From sequence record DRR723986_5317: a stretch of 64,000 nucleotides of DNA. One strand, 5' to 3'. Every line of letters begins with the position of its first letter. The stretch's first letter is position 1. The notes below the pieces were generated by a model, which worked only from the letters and a program-made list of their open reading frames with translations, was not told the DNA's origin and did not search any database. The translations under genes were made by a program, and so were the position numbers. This document shows positions 1 to 8,594 of the stretch, one piece after another.

Positions 1-95
1 GCAAATTAACGACACGATCTTGGGAGGACAAAGATGGTATGAAACGATATATTACTGAAGTAGTTTGTAGTGAACTTTTAATGCTTGGAAAATAG
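1..95 (+). CDS. ssb: Single-stranded DNA-binding protein, 3' end (partial; short form without acidic tail)
   Basis: Manual translation from nt 3: KLTTRSWEDKDGMKRYITEVVCSELLMLGK*, typical end of the SSB OB-fold; TAG at 93-95. Confidence 0.85.
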   Translation, partial: KLTTRSWEDKDGMKRYITEVVCSELLMLGK

Positions 96-111
96 AAGTA
101 AGTAATTAGAT

Positions 112-146
112 AAAAAAAGAGCCACCCAATAGGTGGCTCTTTTTTT
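112..146. terminator. Bidirectional intrinsic terminator
   Basis: AAAAAAAGAGCCACC-caata-GGTGGCTCTTTTTTT between convergent genes. Confidence 0.9.
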
Positions 147-162
147 ATCTCTCTCGTTAAGA

Positions 163-1482
163 TTAATTTTTAATAACACGTTTTGTAATTGATGCACCAG
201 TAATATCATTTGTAATTTTAACAAAGTAAAGGGCATCATCTAATTCATCTAAATTAGACAGTGTAATCGTATCGCTATTTGCTGCTTTATTTTCAGTTAG
301 TATAACTCTACCGTTAATATCGATTAAATCTACTGTATAATCGTCGTTAAAACCATTAATCAGCTTTATATTAACAGAAGATGTAAATGGGTTAGGACTT
401 ATATCTATATTAGCCACTTCAAATTCGTCTACAGATAAAGAACCACCGCAAATAGACCAGCCCATATCTTCAAAAAATCCTAATGTAATATTTCCAATAT
501 TATGATTTCCTTCACCTGGTGCAGCAGATGGTGTCATAAGTGCATTTGGGTTACCTGCAGGATAAATAAATTCGTCCCAATGTGCATAACTAGATCCTCC
601 TGCATACGCAGCAGGCGCATAAAATTCTGGTGTTACTCCAGCGTTTTGACCAACCGCAATAGGGCCATTACAGAATAAATCTCCGCTAGTAAATTCATCA
701 TGTAAATCTGTTGATGGATCTGGAAAAGATAATATAGATGCTCCTGAACCATTTTCTACATACTCATCATAGATCGTATTTCTAGTTGTACCATTTACTA
801 TAGTTCCAGTAGTGCCATCCGATGATCTTCTTGAAGTGAAGCCTAAACCATGACCTATTTCGTGTAATACCACAGTTACAAAATCTATTTGGTTTGCTGG
901 TGGATTGGCATCTAAACCAAAATAAAAATTAAAAGTGCTACTAAAACTAGCTGATATATCAGGCGTTTGTAAACCAAAATTGTCTGTATCCGAACCTTCT
1001 AACTTTTCAACTAAAGCTTTAGGATACCACGTATTTGGCATAGCCTCTGGTGCAATGTTAGTATCGACAGTAAAGTAACCTAACGGCCCAGCTTGTCCTA
1101 ATGTGTTACCACCTAGATCTTCAAAATTGGCATTAATAATAATATCTACAGAGGATTCTATAGAAAAAGACCAAATATCTACAGCAAATTGAAATGCAGT
1201 CTGTGCTTCTGGTGTAAAGCCGGTATAATTAACTACAAAGTTAGAACATGGTGCTCCGCCACGTTCCATTTTTTCTAAAACGGCTTCATTTCTTAAAGAA
1301 GAAGTTAGGCCAGTGTATTCGCCAGGTGGTAGTCTACAAACAGGACCATCTGGGATAAATTCTTGTCTCACAAACCCGTTGTCTTGAGCCGAAATTTGTG
1401 ATGAGAAAAATAAAACTTCTAAAAAAAAGAAGAGTTTGGTAAAATTATTCATCGTAAAAGTAGTTTTGTTCATAATTTGCAA
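163..1482 (-). CDS. T9SS-secreted zinc metalloprotease-like protein (start may be a few codons downstream)
   Basis: Signal peptide, HEIGHGLG zincin motif, C-terminal T9SS type A sorting domain (ISPNPF...LYFVKI...KRVIKN); TATATTTG -7 box at 1509-1502. Confidence 0.8.
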   Translation of the reverse strand: MQIMNKTTFTMNNFTKLFFFLEVLFFSSQISAQDNGFVRQEFIPDGPVCRLPPGEYTGLTSSLRNEAVLEKMERGGAPCSNFVVNYTGFTPEAQTAFQFAVDIWSFSIESSVDIIINANFEDLGGNTLGQAGPLGYFTVDTNIAPEAMPNTWYPKALVEKLEGSDTDNFGLQTPDISASFSSTFNFYFGLDANPPANQIDFVTVVLHEIGHGLGFTSRRSSDGTTGTIVNGTTRNTIYDEYVENGSGASILSFPDPSTDLHDEFTSGDLFCNGPIAVGQNAGVTPEFYAPAAYAGGSSYAHWDEFIYPAGNPNALMTPSAAPGEGNHNIGNITLGFFEDMGWSICGGSLSVDEFEVANIDISPNPFTSSVNIKLINGFNDDYTVDLIDINGRVILTENKAANSDTITLSNLDELDDALYFVKITNDITGASITKRVIKN

Positions 1483-1568
1483 TTTTTGTCCTAAAATAAA
1501 ACAAATATAGTTAAAAGAACCATTTTAGTTAATGAGCTGTTAACAGGGGAAAAGCCAATTAGTAAGTT

Positions 1569-1745
1569 TTAGGCGACTTTTTTTAGTAAATCAAAACAAG
1601 GGCATTTTTTGCAACGCTTATGTTCTGCTTTTTTATACTTTTTGCAGCACTTAGATTTTACTTTTCCAAGACCCTCAATTCCTTCAGTCTGCAGAACTTT
1701 TATACGTTCTTCTTTAAGCTTTTTTTTCTTCTTTTTTTTGCCCAT
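1569..1745 (-). CDS. Small (58 aa) Lys/Cys-rich protein with FhuF-type CC-x10-C-x2-C motif; putative [2Fe-2S] protein (absent from ORF track)
   Basis: Manual translation MGKKKKKKKLKEERIKVLQTEGIEGLGKVKSKCCKKYKKAEHKRCKKCPCFDLLKKVA*; own -7 box TATTTTTG at 1776-1769; same strand as ferritin. Confidence 0.75.
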   Translation of the reverse strand: MGKKKKKKKLKEERIKVLQTEGIEGLGKVKSKCCKKYKKAEHKRCKKCPCFDLLKKVA

Positions 1746-1768
1746 CGTCTTCGTAAGAAATAATGGTG

Positions 1769-1800
1769 CAAAAATAATTATTTTTATTTATTCTAAATAA
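1769..1800 (-). promoter_or_regulatory. -7 promoter element plus adjacent candidate iron/Fur operator for the small Cys-rich gene
   Basis: Minus strand TTATTTAGAATAAATAAAAATAA (1800-1778), then TATTTTTG (1776-1769). Confidence 0.55.
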
Positions 1801-1810
1801 ATTTTAACAC

Positions 1811-2335
1811 TTACAGGTCCGTATTTAAGTCTTGTGCTGCAGAGTTAACTGTAAGTTGCTGAATGTCTCTATCAAATAAATATAATCCTCCTTTATCATC
1901 TCCGATCATGTTAATTTTATCTAAGATAGTTCTTGCCACAGCTTCTTCTTCAATTTGCTCCGCAACGTACCATTGTAAAAAGTTATGTGTAGCATAATCT
2001 TTTTCTTGTAAGGATATGTGTACTAATTCATTAATACTTTCAGAAACAAAGATTTCATGTTCAAGAAGTTTTTCAAACATTTTTTTAAATGTATTGAATT
2101 CTACATTTGGTGCGTTAAGTTCAGAGATATGTGCATGTCCACCACGTTCATTAACAAACTTCACCAATTTTAGCATATGTTCGCGCTCTTCATCAGACTG
2201 GTCGTACATAAAATTAGAAATTCCTTCTAAACCTTTTACTTCTGCCCATACAGCCATTGCTAAATAGACTTGAGATGATTCTGCTTCTATTCTAATTTGT
2301 TTGTTTAATGCAGCTTCTATTGATTTTGATAACAT
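1811..2335 (-). CDS. ftnA: Non-heme ferritin
   Basis: Ferroxidase-centre motifs (IEAESSQVY, EEREH, EHE, WYVAEQIEEE); -7 box TATCTTTG at 2360-2353. Confidence 0.95.
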   Translation of the reverse strand: MLSKSIEAALNKQIRIEAESSQVYLAMAVWAEVKGLEGISNFMYDQSDEEREHMLKLVKFVNERGGHAHISELNAPNVEFNTFKKMFEKLLEHEIFVSESINELVHISLQEKDYATHNFLQWYVAEQIEEEAVARTILDKINMIGDDKGGLYLFDRDIQQLTVNSAAQDLNTDL

Positions 2336-2415
2336 AATACTATTGTTTTTTACAAAGATAAGTAGTTATAGATAGTATTAAAAGGAATAAATAATGAGAT
2401 TAATTATTACATATT

Positions 2416-2444
2416 AAAAAACCGCAAGTGAATCGCTTGCGGTT
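2416..2444 (-). terminator. Intrinsic terminator after T9SS gene
   Basis: AACCGCAAGTGA-a-TCGCTTGCGGTT hairpin with A-run on + (U-tract on -). Confidence 0.75.
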
Positions 2445-2466
2445 ATATTTTTACGTATTAAAACAG

Positions 2467-3219
2467 CTATTGCTTTATAAAACGCTTAATTTCATTGCCA
2501 TTTTCAGAAGTAATTTTTACTAAATACAATCCTGATTCCCATTTAGAAACATCAATTTGAGAAGCATCATTTGATGCTATGGATTTAACATAAACTTGCT
2601 TACCAAGCAAATCAAATACTTCAATTTGCCCGTTAGTTATCGACGAATTAATTTCAATATTCAAAATATCACTAGTTGGGTTTGGATACATTTTTAGACC
2701 ATTGTTTTCTCTAAAACTATCTACACTTAATGTACTCCAATTGCTTACACCATTTTGGGTACCATCTCCGTTATATTGAAATGGTGGTGCATCAGTTATA
2801 AAAGTATCTGCTACCCATAAACCAGCTGCAACAGCCACAGACTCCCTACTAATTGCGGCACCTGTTCCCCATTGTAAAAAATCTAACATGGCAGCACTAG
2901 ATCCAAAGCTAGAACTATTATACAAAGCAAATTCACCACTCGCTACCACCAGATTTAACGAACTAGCAACGTCTAGCTCTGCACCTGGTGCCAGAGTTGT
3001 TTGGGCAGTCATACTACTCAAATGTGCATAAGCGGGTCTAACACAAAACCAATAGCCAGAGATTGTTGCTGTTGCATCTCCAAAGTTTTTAAGTGTTATA
3101 GAATTTGTACTTGGGTCTGCTCTAAGAATTCTAACATTTTCTTGAGCAGTTAAATGTAAACTGAAAATCGAAACCAAAATGGCTACGAATACTAATTTTA
3201 AAGTGTAATTCTTTTTCAT
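2467..3219 (-). CDS. Small T9SS type A cargo protein (beta-sandwich domain); start corrected to MKKNYTLK
   Basis: Signal peptide follows ATG at 3219; YPNP...GLYLVKI...KRFIKQ CTD; the track's longer start overlaps the upstream gene. Confidence 0.8.
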   Translation of the reverse strand: MKKNYTLKLVFVAILVSIFSLHLTAQENVRILRADPSTNSITLKNFGDATATISGYWFCVRPAYAHLSSMTAQTTLAPGAELDVASSLNLVVASGEFALYNSSSFGSSAAMLDFLQWGTGAAISRESVAVAAGLWVADTFITDAPPFQYNGDGTQNGVSNWSTLSVDSFRENNGLKMYPNPTSDILNIEINSSITNGQIEVFDLLGKQVYVKSIASNDASQIDVSKWESGLYLVKITSENGNEIKRFIKQ

Positions 3220-3364
3220 AATAATGTGTTTAAAATTAAAGCTGTTCTCCTCTTTGAAATGGATCACTCTAAAAATAAAGAGCAAACTCATTTTTAACTT
3301 TTTAAATCGAACAAATAGCAGTAAAAGATAAGGAATTTTAAGTATAAAGTTAGATTCGGCTTTT

Positions 3365-4267
3365 TTAAAAGAAAATTTCTTGAGCCAATCTAAAGGTATT
3401 GGCGTGAGCATCAACTATGGTTTTAATGTCAGGAGAATAACCTCCTCCCATGCTACACATAACAGGAATATGGTAATCTTTACAGATTTGAAGAACATAG
3501 CGGTCACGTTCTTTGCAACCATTAGTAGACATGCCTAATTTCCCTAATTTATCTGTAGAAATTACATCTACACCGCATAAATAAAAGATAAAATCTGGTT
3601 GTTGCTCATTAATTAGATTTGGTAAAACACGCTTTAAAATTGAAAGATAGGTGGAGTCATCAGTATCATTCTCTAAAGCGATATCCAAGTCACTAATTTC
3701 TTTTTTAAACGGATAATTACTTTTGCCATGCATAGAAAAAGTATAGACAGAATCATCATTCTGAAAAATTTCTGCAGTACCATTGCCTTGATGGACATCT
3801 AAATCTACGATAAGTATTTTTTTTGCTAATCCTTTATTTTGAAGATAGCGTGCTCCTATAGCTTGATCGTTTAATAAACAAAAGGCTTCACCACGATTGG
3901 TATAAGCATGATGCGTGCCACCTGCGATATTCATGGCAATGCCATTTTTTAAAGCGTACTCTGAAGCTTTAATAGTGCCATCTGCAATAATAACTTCGCG
4001 CTCAACTAAAACTTCACATAGTGGAAAACCAATTTTACGCGCAGCGCGCTGATCTAGTGTTATGTTTACTAAATCATAATAATATTCTGGCTCATGTACG
4101 GCAAGTATATGCTTGTCATTCGGTCTAATGGGTTCAAAAAAATTATTGCCACTGCAAGTACCTTCATAAAGTAATTGCTGTGGCAATAAATCATATTTTT
4201 CCATTGGGAACCGATGTCCTTCTGGTAATGGGTGTTTGTAAATTGGGTGATATGCTATTTTAAGCAT
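3365..4267 (-). CDS. Histone deacetylase family (AcuC/AphA-like) amidohydrolase
   Basis: GGTHHA, GEAFC, DLDVHQGNGT, GGGY motifs. Confidence 0.95.
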   Translation of the reverse strand: MLKIAYHPIYKHPLPEGHRFPMEKYDLLPQQLLYEGTCSGNNFFEPIRPNDKHILAVHEPEYYYDLVNITLDQRAARKIGFPLCEVLVEREVIIADGTIKASEYALKNGIAMNIAGGTHHAYTNRGEAFCLLNDQAIGARYLQNKGLAKKILIVDLDVHQGNGTAEIFQNDDSVYTFSMHGKSNYPFKKEISDLDIALENDTDDSTYLSILKRVLPNLINEQQPDFIFYLCGVDVISTDKLGKLGMSTNGCKERDRYVLQICKDYHIPVMCSMGGGYSPDIKTIVDAHANTFRLAQEIFF

Positions 4268-4289
4268 ACATATTAGAGATTTTAATCGT

Positions 4290-4625
4290 CTAATTTAGTG
4301 ATATCGTTTTTTCTTCGAAAATAAAACTACCATCATTTGCAATACCTTCAATAAATAAGGTTACAGGCACTTCTGGTTGTAATACTTTTAAAGTTACGTT
4401 TCCATTACTGTCCGAAGTTAGTTCTGGTTTCCAATCTATAATTCCATAGCCCCTATAAAAGTCATCACCATAATATCTATACTTTGGTGTATAATACTTT
4501 TTATCTGCACTAAATAAAAAAGTAAATAAGAATAATGTCGAGACACGACGAAAAGTAGAGGTTTTTATATGCGGTGGTTTTAAAATTAATAATCGATAGC
4601 TTGTAGGTAATTTCACAAAATCCAT
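4290..4625 (-). pseudogene. Internally deleted tandem paralogue of 4658..7090 (N-terminal leader fused in frame to last 74 aa)
   Basis: 4290-4514 aligns without gaps to 4658-4882 (45/74 aa identical by hand count); preceding 37 aa resemble a truncated signal peptide. Confidence 0.7.
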
Positions 4626-4657
4626 GCCAAACTCCTCTATTAATATTTCGATTAAAC

Positions 4658-7090
4658 CTAGTTTAGTGTAATAGACTTCTCTTCAAAAACAAACGAGCCG
4701 TCATTTGCAATTCCTTCTACAAAGAGTGTGATTGGGATTCTTGGACGTTCAATTTTTATGTTTATAAAGCCATTTTCATCTACTTGTAAATGTGGTTTCC
4801 AATCTACACTTCCGTAAGCCTTATAGAAGGCATCACCTGTGTTTCGGTATTTTGGCGCATAGTATATTTTCTCTGGACTAAAGACTAATGGCAAATCATA
4901 TTCTTGTACAGTGTCCCAATTATTGTAGCTTTTTGAAATCTTGCTGTTAGAATATATTCTTATAGTACCATTACCTCCTCGAAGGCCTTCTCCAAATCCA
5001 CGTCTGTTAATCTCTATGTAATCTACATTTGTAAGTGAATACTGAAATAATATTGTAGTATCTAATATTTGTACGTCATCTAAAAAAATCACTGGGCTTA
5101 AATTTCTCGACTCACTTTCACCAAATCCAGGTCTAGCACCACCTGAACTATATCTATCCGTAATTGATAAATTACCACCAGACTCATCTACATTAAATCC
5201 TTTTGCTATTAAGTAGTTTGTAAGCGTATTATATAATAGTCTATCCTCTTCTTCTACAATATCTACCTTACCGTAACGTCCTTGACTCAATTTTTCTATA
5301 CGTTGTCTCTTGCGATCTAACCTGGACATTACAACCACTTCTTCTAGATTTTGTACTTCGTCTAGTTTGTTAAAGACAATTGAATTTCGCTTCATTAATG
5401 ATTCTGAAACTTTATAATCTGGTTTTGGTTCTAAGACATTTAAGGGAGCATTTAAAGATGGTATAGAATTAGGAAAAGATTGTATATATAATGATGCTGG
5501 TATTAATCCATTAAGCTTAGTCATTTTAGAAAAGTTAATTTTATTGGTGCCAACAGGAAACAAATTATCTATATAGAAGCTCTTCTCGTTTTCTTCAACT
5601 TCAAAAATTCTTGGTTCCTCCTCGCTTATAGCATACATAAGATAAGCGTTTTCACCTTTTCCTTTTAAATCTCTGTTACTAAGATTTGCTTTAAGTCTAA
5701 TGCCTTGTTCAAAATTATAGGTTTGATTGTACTCGTCGTTAAAAATATTATTCCAATTATAACTACTCCATCCTTGAGTGATCAAAAGATTGTCTAATTC
5801 GTATTGTTTTTTCTCAGTAATATCCGTAAAATAATATTTGCCTTTTTCTACAGTACCCTTAATGTAAGGTTGTATAAAAGTATATGAAACAATATTATTG
5901 TGTCTGTCATACGACTCTGTCTCTTGTGGTAATACTGAGACACTTAAACTATTAATTATGTTTTTATCAATAGTATTGTAAGCCAATTTAATGGTTAGAG
6001 AATCTCGTTTTCTGGTTGCACTAACAACATCATTAGACTTAATAAAATTTATGCCTTCATAATTAAAGAATAATCGTTCGGCTATAGGTATCTCATCTTC
6101 ATTAAATAAGGTTAATATGTTAATACCAGAAGGTGTATTACTGTATTCGATTGCTTTATTTACTGTCGTATTATCTGTAAAATACACATCCATTATCTCA
6201 TAGGCATCACCATTATGAATCATCAATGTATAGCGTTGATTTCTTATGGTCTCTAACGTTTCTGCATTGGTAATTAATGAAGCAAATAATTTAGTTTTAA
6301 GACGTTTCACTGAAAGTACAACTCCGTTTTTCTTAACACTATGTCCTAAATCAAAACTAAAGTCCTTGTTTGCGTGATTTATATTTACTTTGTAATTACC
6401 ACTATATTCAGCTAAAAGCGGAAACTTGCCAATACCAAGTTGGTTAGTTTGAAACGTTGAAATAACTTCACCATTCTTATCTAAAACATCACCTGATACA
6501 TTTGGTATACCGAAGCCTAAATTATCTTTAATAACAACTCCAATATTATTTACAATGCCATGAAGCAAATGTCCACTTTCAGGTAAAAATTGCGCATCAA
6601 TGTTATTTTCTACAATAGTTTCCTCAACATATTCTTCAACCTCTGGGTCTATAATTTTTACGGTTTCAGTATAATAATTTTGCTCATTAAAGTTGAGCAT
6701 CCAGTTAGTGTATGCTTTAATATTGTAATTTCCTGAAGTGAATAGGGAATCTATTGCAAGCACATTTGAAGCAATACCATCAAAAACTCGCACAAGTTTT
6801 TTCTTAATGACTTTTTTATTCTCGTCCTCAATACTCACGTACAAATTGGTTGTAAGCAAAGAAGGCTTTTTGTCTTTTTTATCCATCACATAGGCCTTAA
6901 ACCCTAAGGTTTCTCCTTTTATAAGTGTAGATTTATTTAAGTGTAAATAAACAACTTCTCTTGCTGCTTCTGTATAATCTTCATAGGCTTCTAAAATCTC
7001 AGAGTCTTCCTGAGCAGAAACTATAGTTACATTGAATAAAAGAAGGATGAAAAATATGCCAAGAGGTAGGTGTTTTGAAGTGATTTTCAT
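4658..7090 (-). CDS. Secreted MG2/macroglobulin-like protein with TonB-plug-like C-terminal region
   Basis: EVVYLHLNK...GE, YNIKAYTNWMLNF, AQFLPESGHL, LDNLLITQGW, W.P, VEGI pattern of this Bacteroidota family. Confidence 0.7.
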   Translation of the reverse strand: MKITSKHLPLGIFFILLLFNVTIVSAQEDSEILEAYEDYTEAAREVVYLHLNKSTLIKGETLGFKAYVMDKKDKKPSLLTTNLYVSIEDENKKVIKKKLVRVFDGIASNVLAIDSLFTSGNYNIKAYTNWMLNFNEQNYYTETVKIIDPEVEEYVEETIVENNIDAQFLPESGHLLHGIVNNIGVVIKDNLGFGIPNVSGDVLDKNGEVISTFQTNQLGIGKFPLLAEYSGNYKVNINHANKDFSFDLGHSVKKNGVVLSVKRLKTKLFASLITNAETLETIRNQRYTLMIHNGDAYEIMDVYFTDNTTVNKAIEYSNTPSGINILTLFNEDEIPIAERLFFNYEGINFIKSNDVVSATRKRDSLTIKLAYNTIDKNIINSLSVSVLPQETESYDRHNNIVSYTFIQPYIKGTVEKGKYYFTDITEKKQYELDNLLITQGWSSYNWNNIFNDEYNQTYNFEQGIRLKANLSNRDLKGKGENAYLMYAISEEEPRIFEVEENEKSFYIDNLFPVGTNKINFSKMTKLNGLIPASLYIQSFPNSIPSLNAPLNVLEPKPDYKVSESLMKRNSIVFNKLDEVQNLEEVVVMSRLDRKRQRIEKLSQGRYGKVDIVEEEDRLLYNTLTNYLIAKGFNVDESGGNLSITDRYSSGGARPGFGESESRNLSPVIFLDDVQILDTTILFQYSLTNVDYIEINRRGFGEGLRGGNGTIRIYSNSKISKSYNNWDTVQEYDLPLVFSPEKIYYAPKYRNTGDAFYKAYGSVDWKPHLQVDENGFINIKIERPRIPITLFVEGIANDGSFVFEEKSITLN

Positions 7091-7166
7091 GCTAGCTGAT
7101 TTTTAACAAAATTATCAAAAATCGAGCCATTTATTAGCTACTTTAACTATAGTTTAATACAGCTCT

Positions 7167-8594
7167 TTAAAACCTAACTAACTTGTATTCGCTGAGTTTA
7201 AGATTAAAATATCCAAAGAAAAGAGCGTCATTAAAATAGAATACATCCTCCGCAGTAATATATTTTATATCTTTTTTATAGGCTGAAACACGATCAAACA
7301 TATTAGGTTCTTGTTTTCCCTTAATATGTTCAAATTCAAAATTAAGAATGGTGTTAAAATAAGTAGATTTAGTAGTTGTGTAGGTATTATAGCTTAAATA
7401 AGTAGGGTTGTAGGTAATAAAACCATTTGAGGACATGGTTGGTTCGCTTACTGTAGGCATTGCATTAGTTACGTATTTATAACTACCTAATGTTATATAA
7501 TAAAGCCCATTAACTTTTTGAACATTTATACCAGGCTTGCCCGAAGCTACTTTTCTTAGATATTTAGTAGTCTGTTCTAATTTTCTTGTAGTTACAAAAG
7601 GTAACGCGGTAGTACCTTCTTGTATTATTGGTGAATTTTTAAACCGAATTGGCATGTCTCTATTTACATAATAATTTTTAAGTAGGGTGCCATCTAAATC
7701 TTTCACCTGAAAAGCCATTTCATCCCTAGAACAGACTATTTGAAATATTTTATTTTGATATATATATGAATTATATTTTTTATAATCTTCATTTATTTTG
7801 GCTTTAGGATATGGAATGGAATTAATAGATAGACTTAGTTCCTTAATATTAATAGTGTACAAAATTGTAGCTTCTTTATTAGCATCAAAACTTAAGATTA
7901 AAGTTTCTTTATTCTGGTACAATTTATTTGCATTTGAAGCGCGTTCAATTGAATTTGGAACACGAGGATCTATTTTAGTGATATTTGATGATTCTGTGCC
8001 AGAAAGCGCAAATAAACCTAATCTAATTTTGCTATTGACTAATGAGGTATCTTCGCTAATTTTATCTAATGAGAACGTTTTTAATACTTCAAATTCGTTG
8101 TTTGAATTTAAGAATCTAATGGTCAAATCAGAACTGTTGTTGGCAGTTAAAACATAAAGTGAATTGTTGTAATTAATTGCCTCTAAAAATAATTGGTCTT
8201 TAGATAAATTCATTTCAACTTCAATGATTTCACTGGTTTGTGAATCGAAATTAAATTGATGTAGTGCAAACTTTGTATGAATATCATTAGTGTATAAAAC
8301 ACCATAAGTATTATCTGAAATTGTATAACCCAGTGCCTTATTAAATTTAGACTTTATGTTATTAGTTTGAAACTCAGAGATTTTATTAAAACTATCGTCA
8401 AATAGATATGCTACTGCCTCTTTACGCTCAATAATAATTAAGGCAATGTTACTGTTAACCTCATTAACAATAGTATATGAGTCTTTTTTAATGCGCCTAG
8501 ATAAATCTTCATTCTTAAAATTCAGCACAACCTCTTGGCTAAATAGACAAACACTGAATAAGCTAAAATAAAAGGTAAATAGTGTTTTAAACAT
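7167..8594 (-). CDS. Hypothetical secreted protein
   Basis: 475-aa ORF with signal peptide; ATG directly abuts metG stop. Confidence 0.7.
   Translation of the reverse strand: MFKTLFTFYFSLFSVCLFSQEVVLNFKNEDLSRRIKKDSYTIVNEVNSNIALIIIERKEAVAYLFDDSFNKISEFQTNNIKSKFNKALGYTISDNTYGVLYTNDIHTKFALHQFNFDSQTSEIIEVEMNLSKDQLFLEAINYNNSLYVLTANNSSDLTIRFLNSNNEFEVLKTFSLDKISEDTSLVNSKIRLGLFALSGTESSNITKIDPRVPNSIERASNANKLYQNKETLILSFDANKEATILYTINIKELSLSINSIPYPKAKINEDYKKYNSYIYQNKIFQIVCSRDEMAFQVKDLDGTLLKNYYVNRDMPIRFKNSPIIQEGTTALPFVTTRKLEQTTKYLRKVASGKPGINVQKVNGLYYITLGSYKYVTNAMPTVSEPTMSSNGFITYNPTYLSYNTYTTTKSTYFNTILNFEFEHIKGKQEPNMFDRVSAYKKDIKYITAEDVFYFNDALFFGYFNLKLSEYKLVRF

Noticed and set aside
1609-1800. 63-aa plus-strand ORF in the track
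   Set aside because: Antisense shadow of the Lys-rich minus-strand ORF (poly-Phe mirrors poly-Lys); TTG start, no promoter seen
3220-3414. N-terminal extension of the T9SS gene as given in the track (likewise metG 10641-10703 and yicC 14554-14580)
   Set aside because: Extensions overlap the upstream gene or the promoter; family-typical N-termini start at 3219, 10640 and 14553
4290-4882. Diversity-generating retroelement TR/VR pair
   Set aside because: No reverse transcriptase in the window; the copies are about 61% identical at protein level with mostly conservative changes, not a near-identical pair differing at adenines
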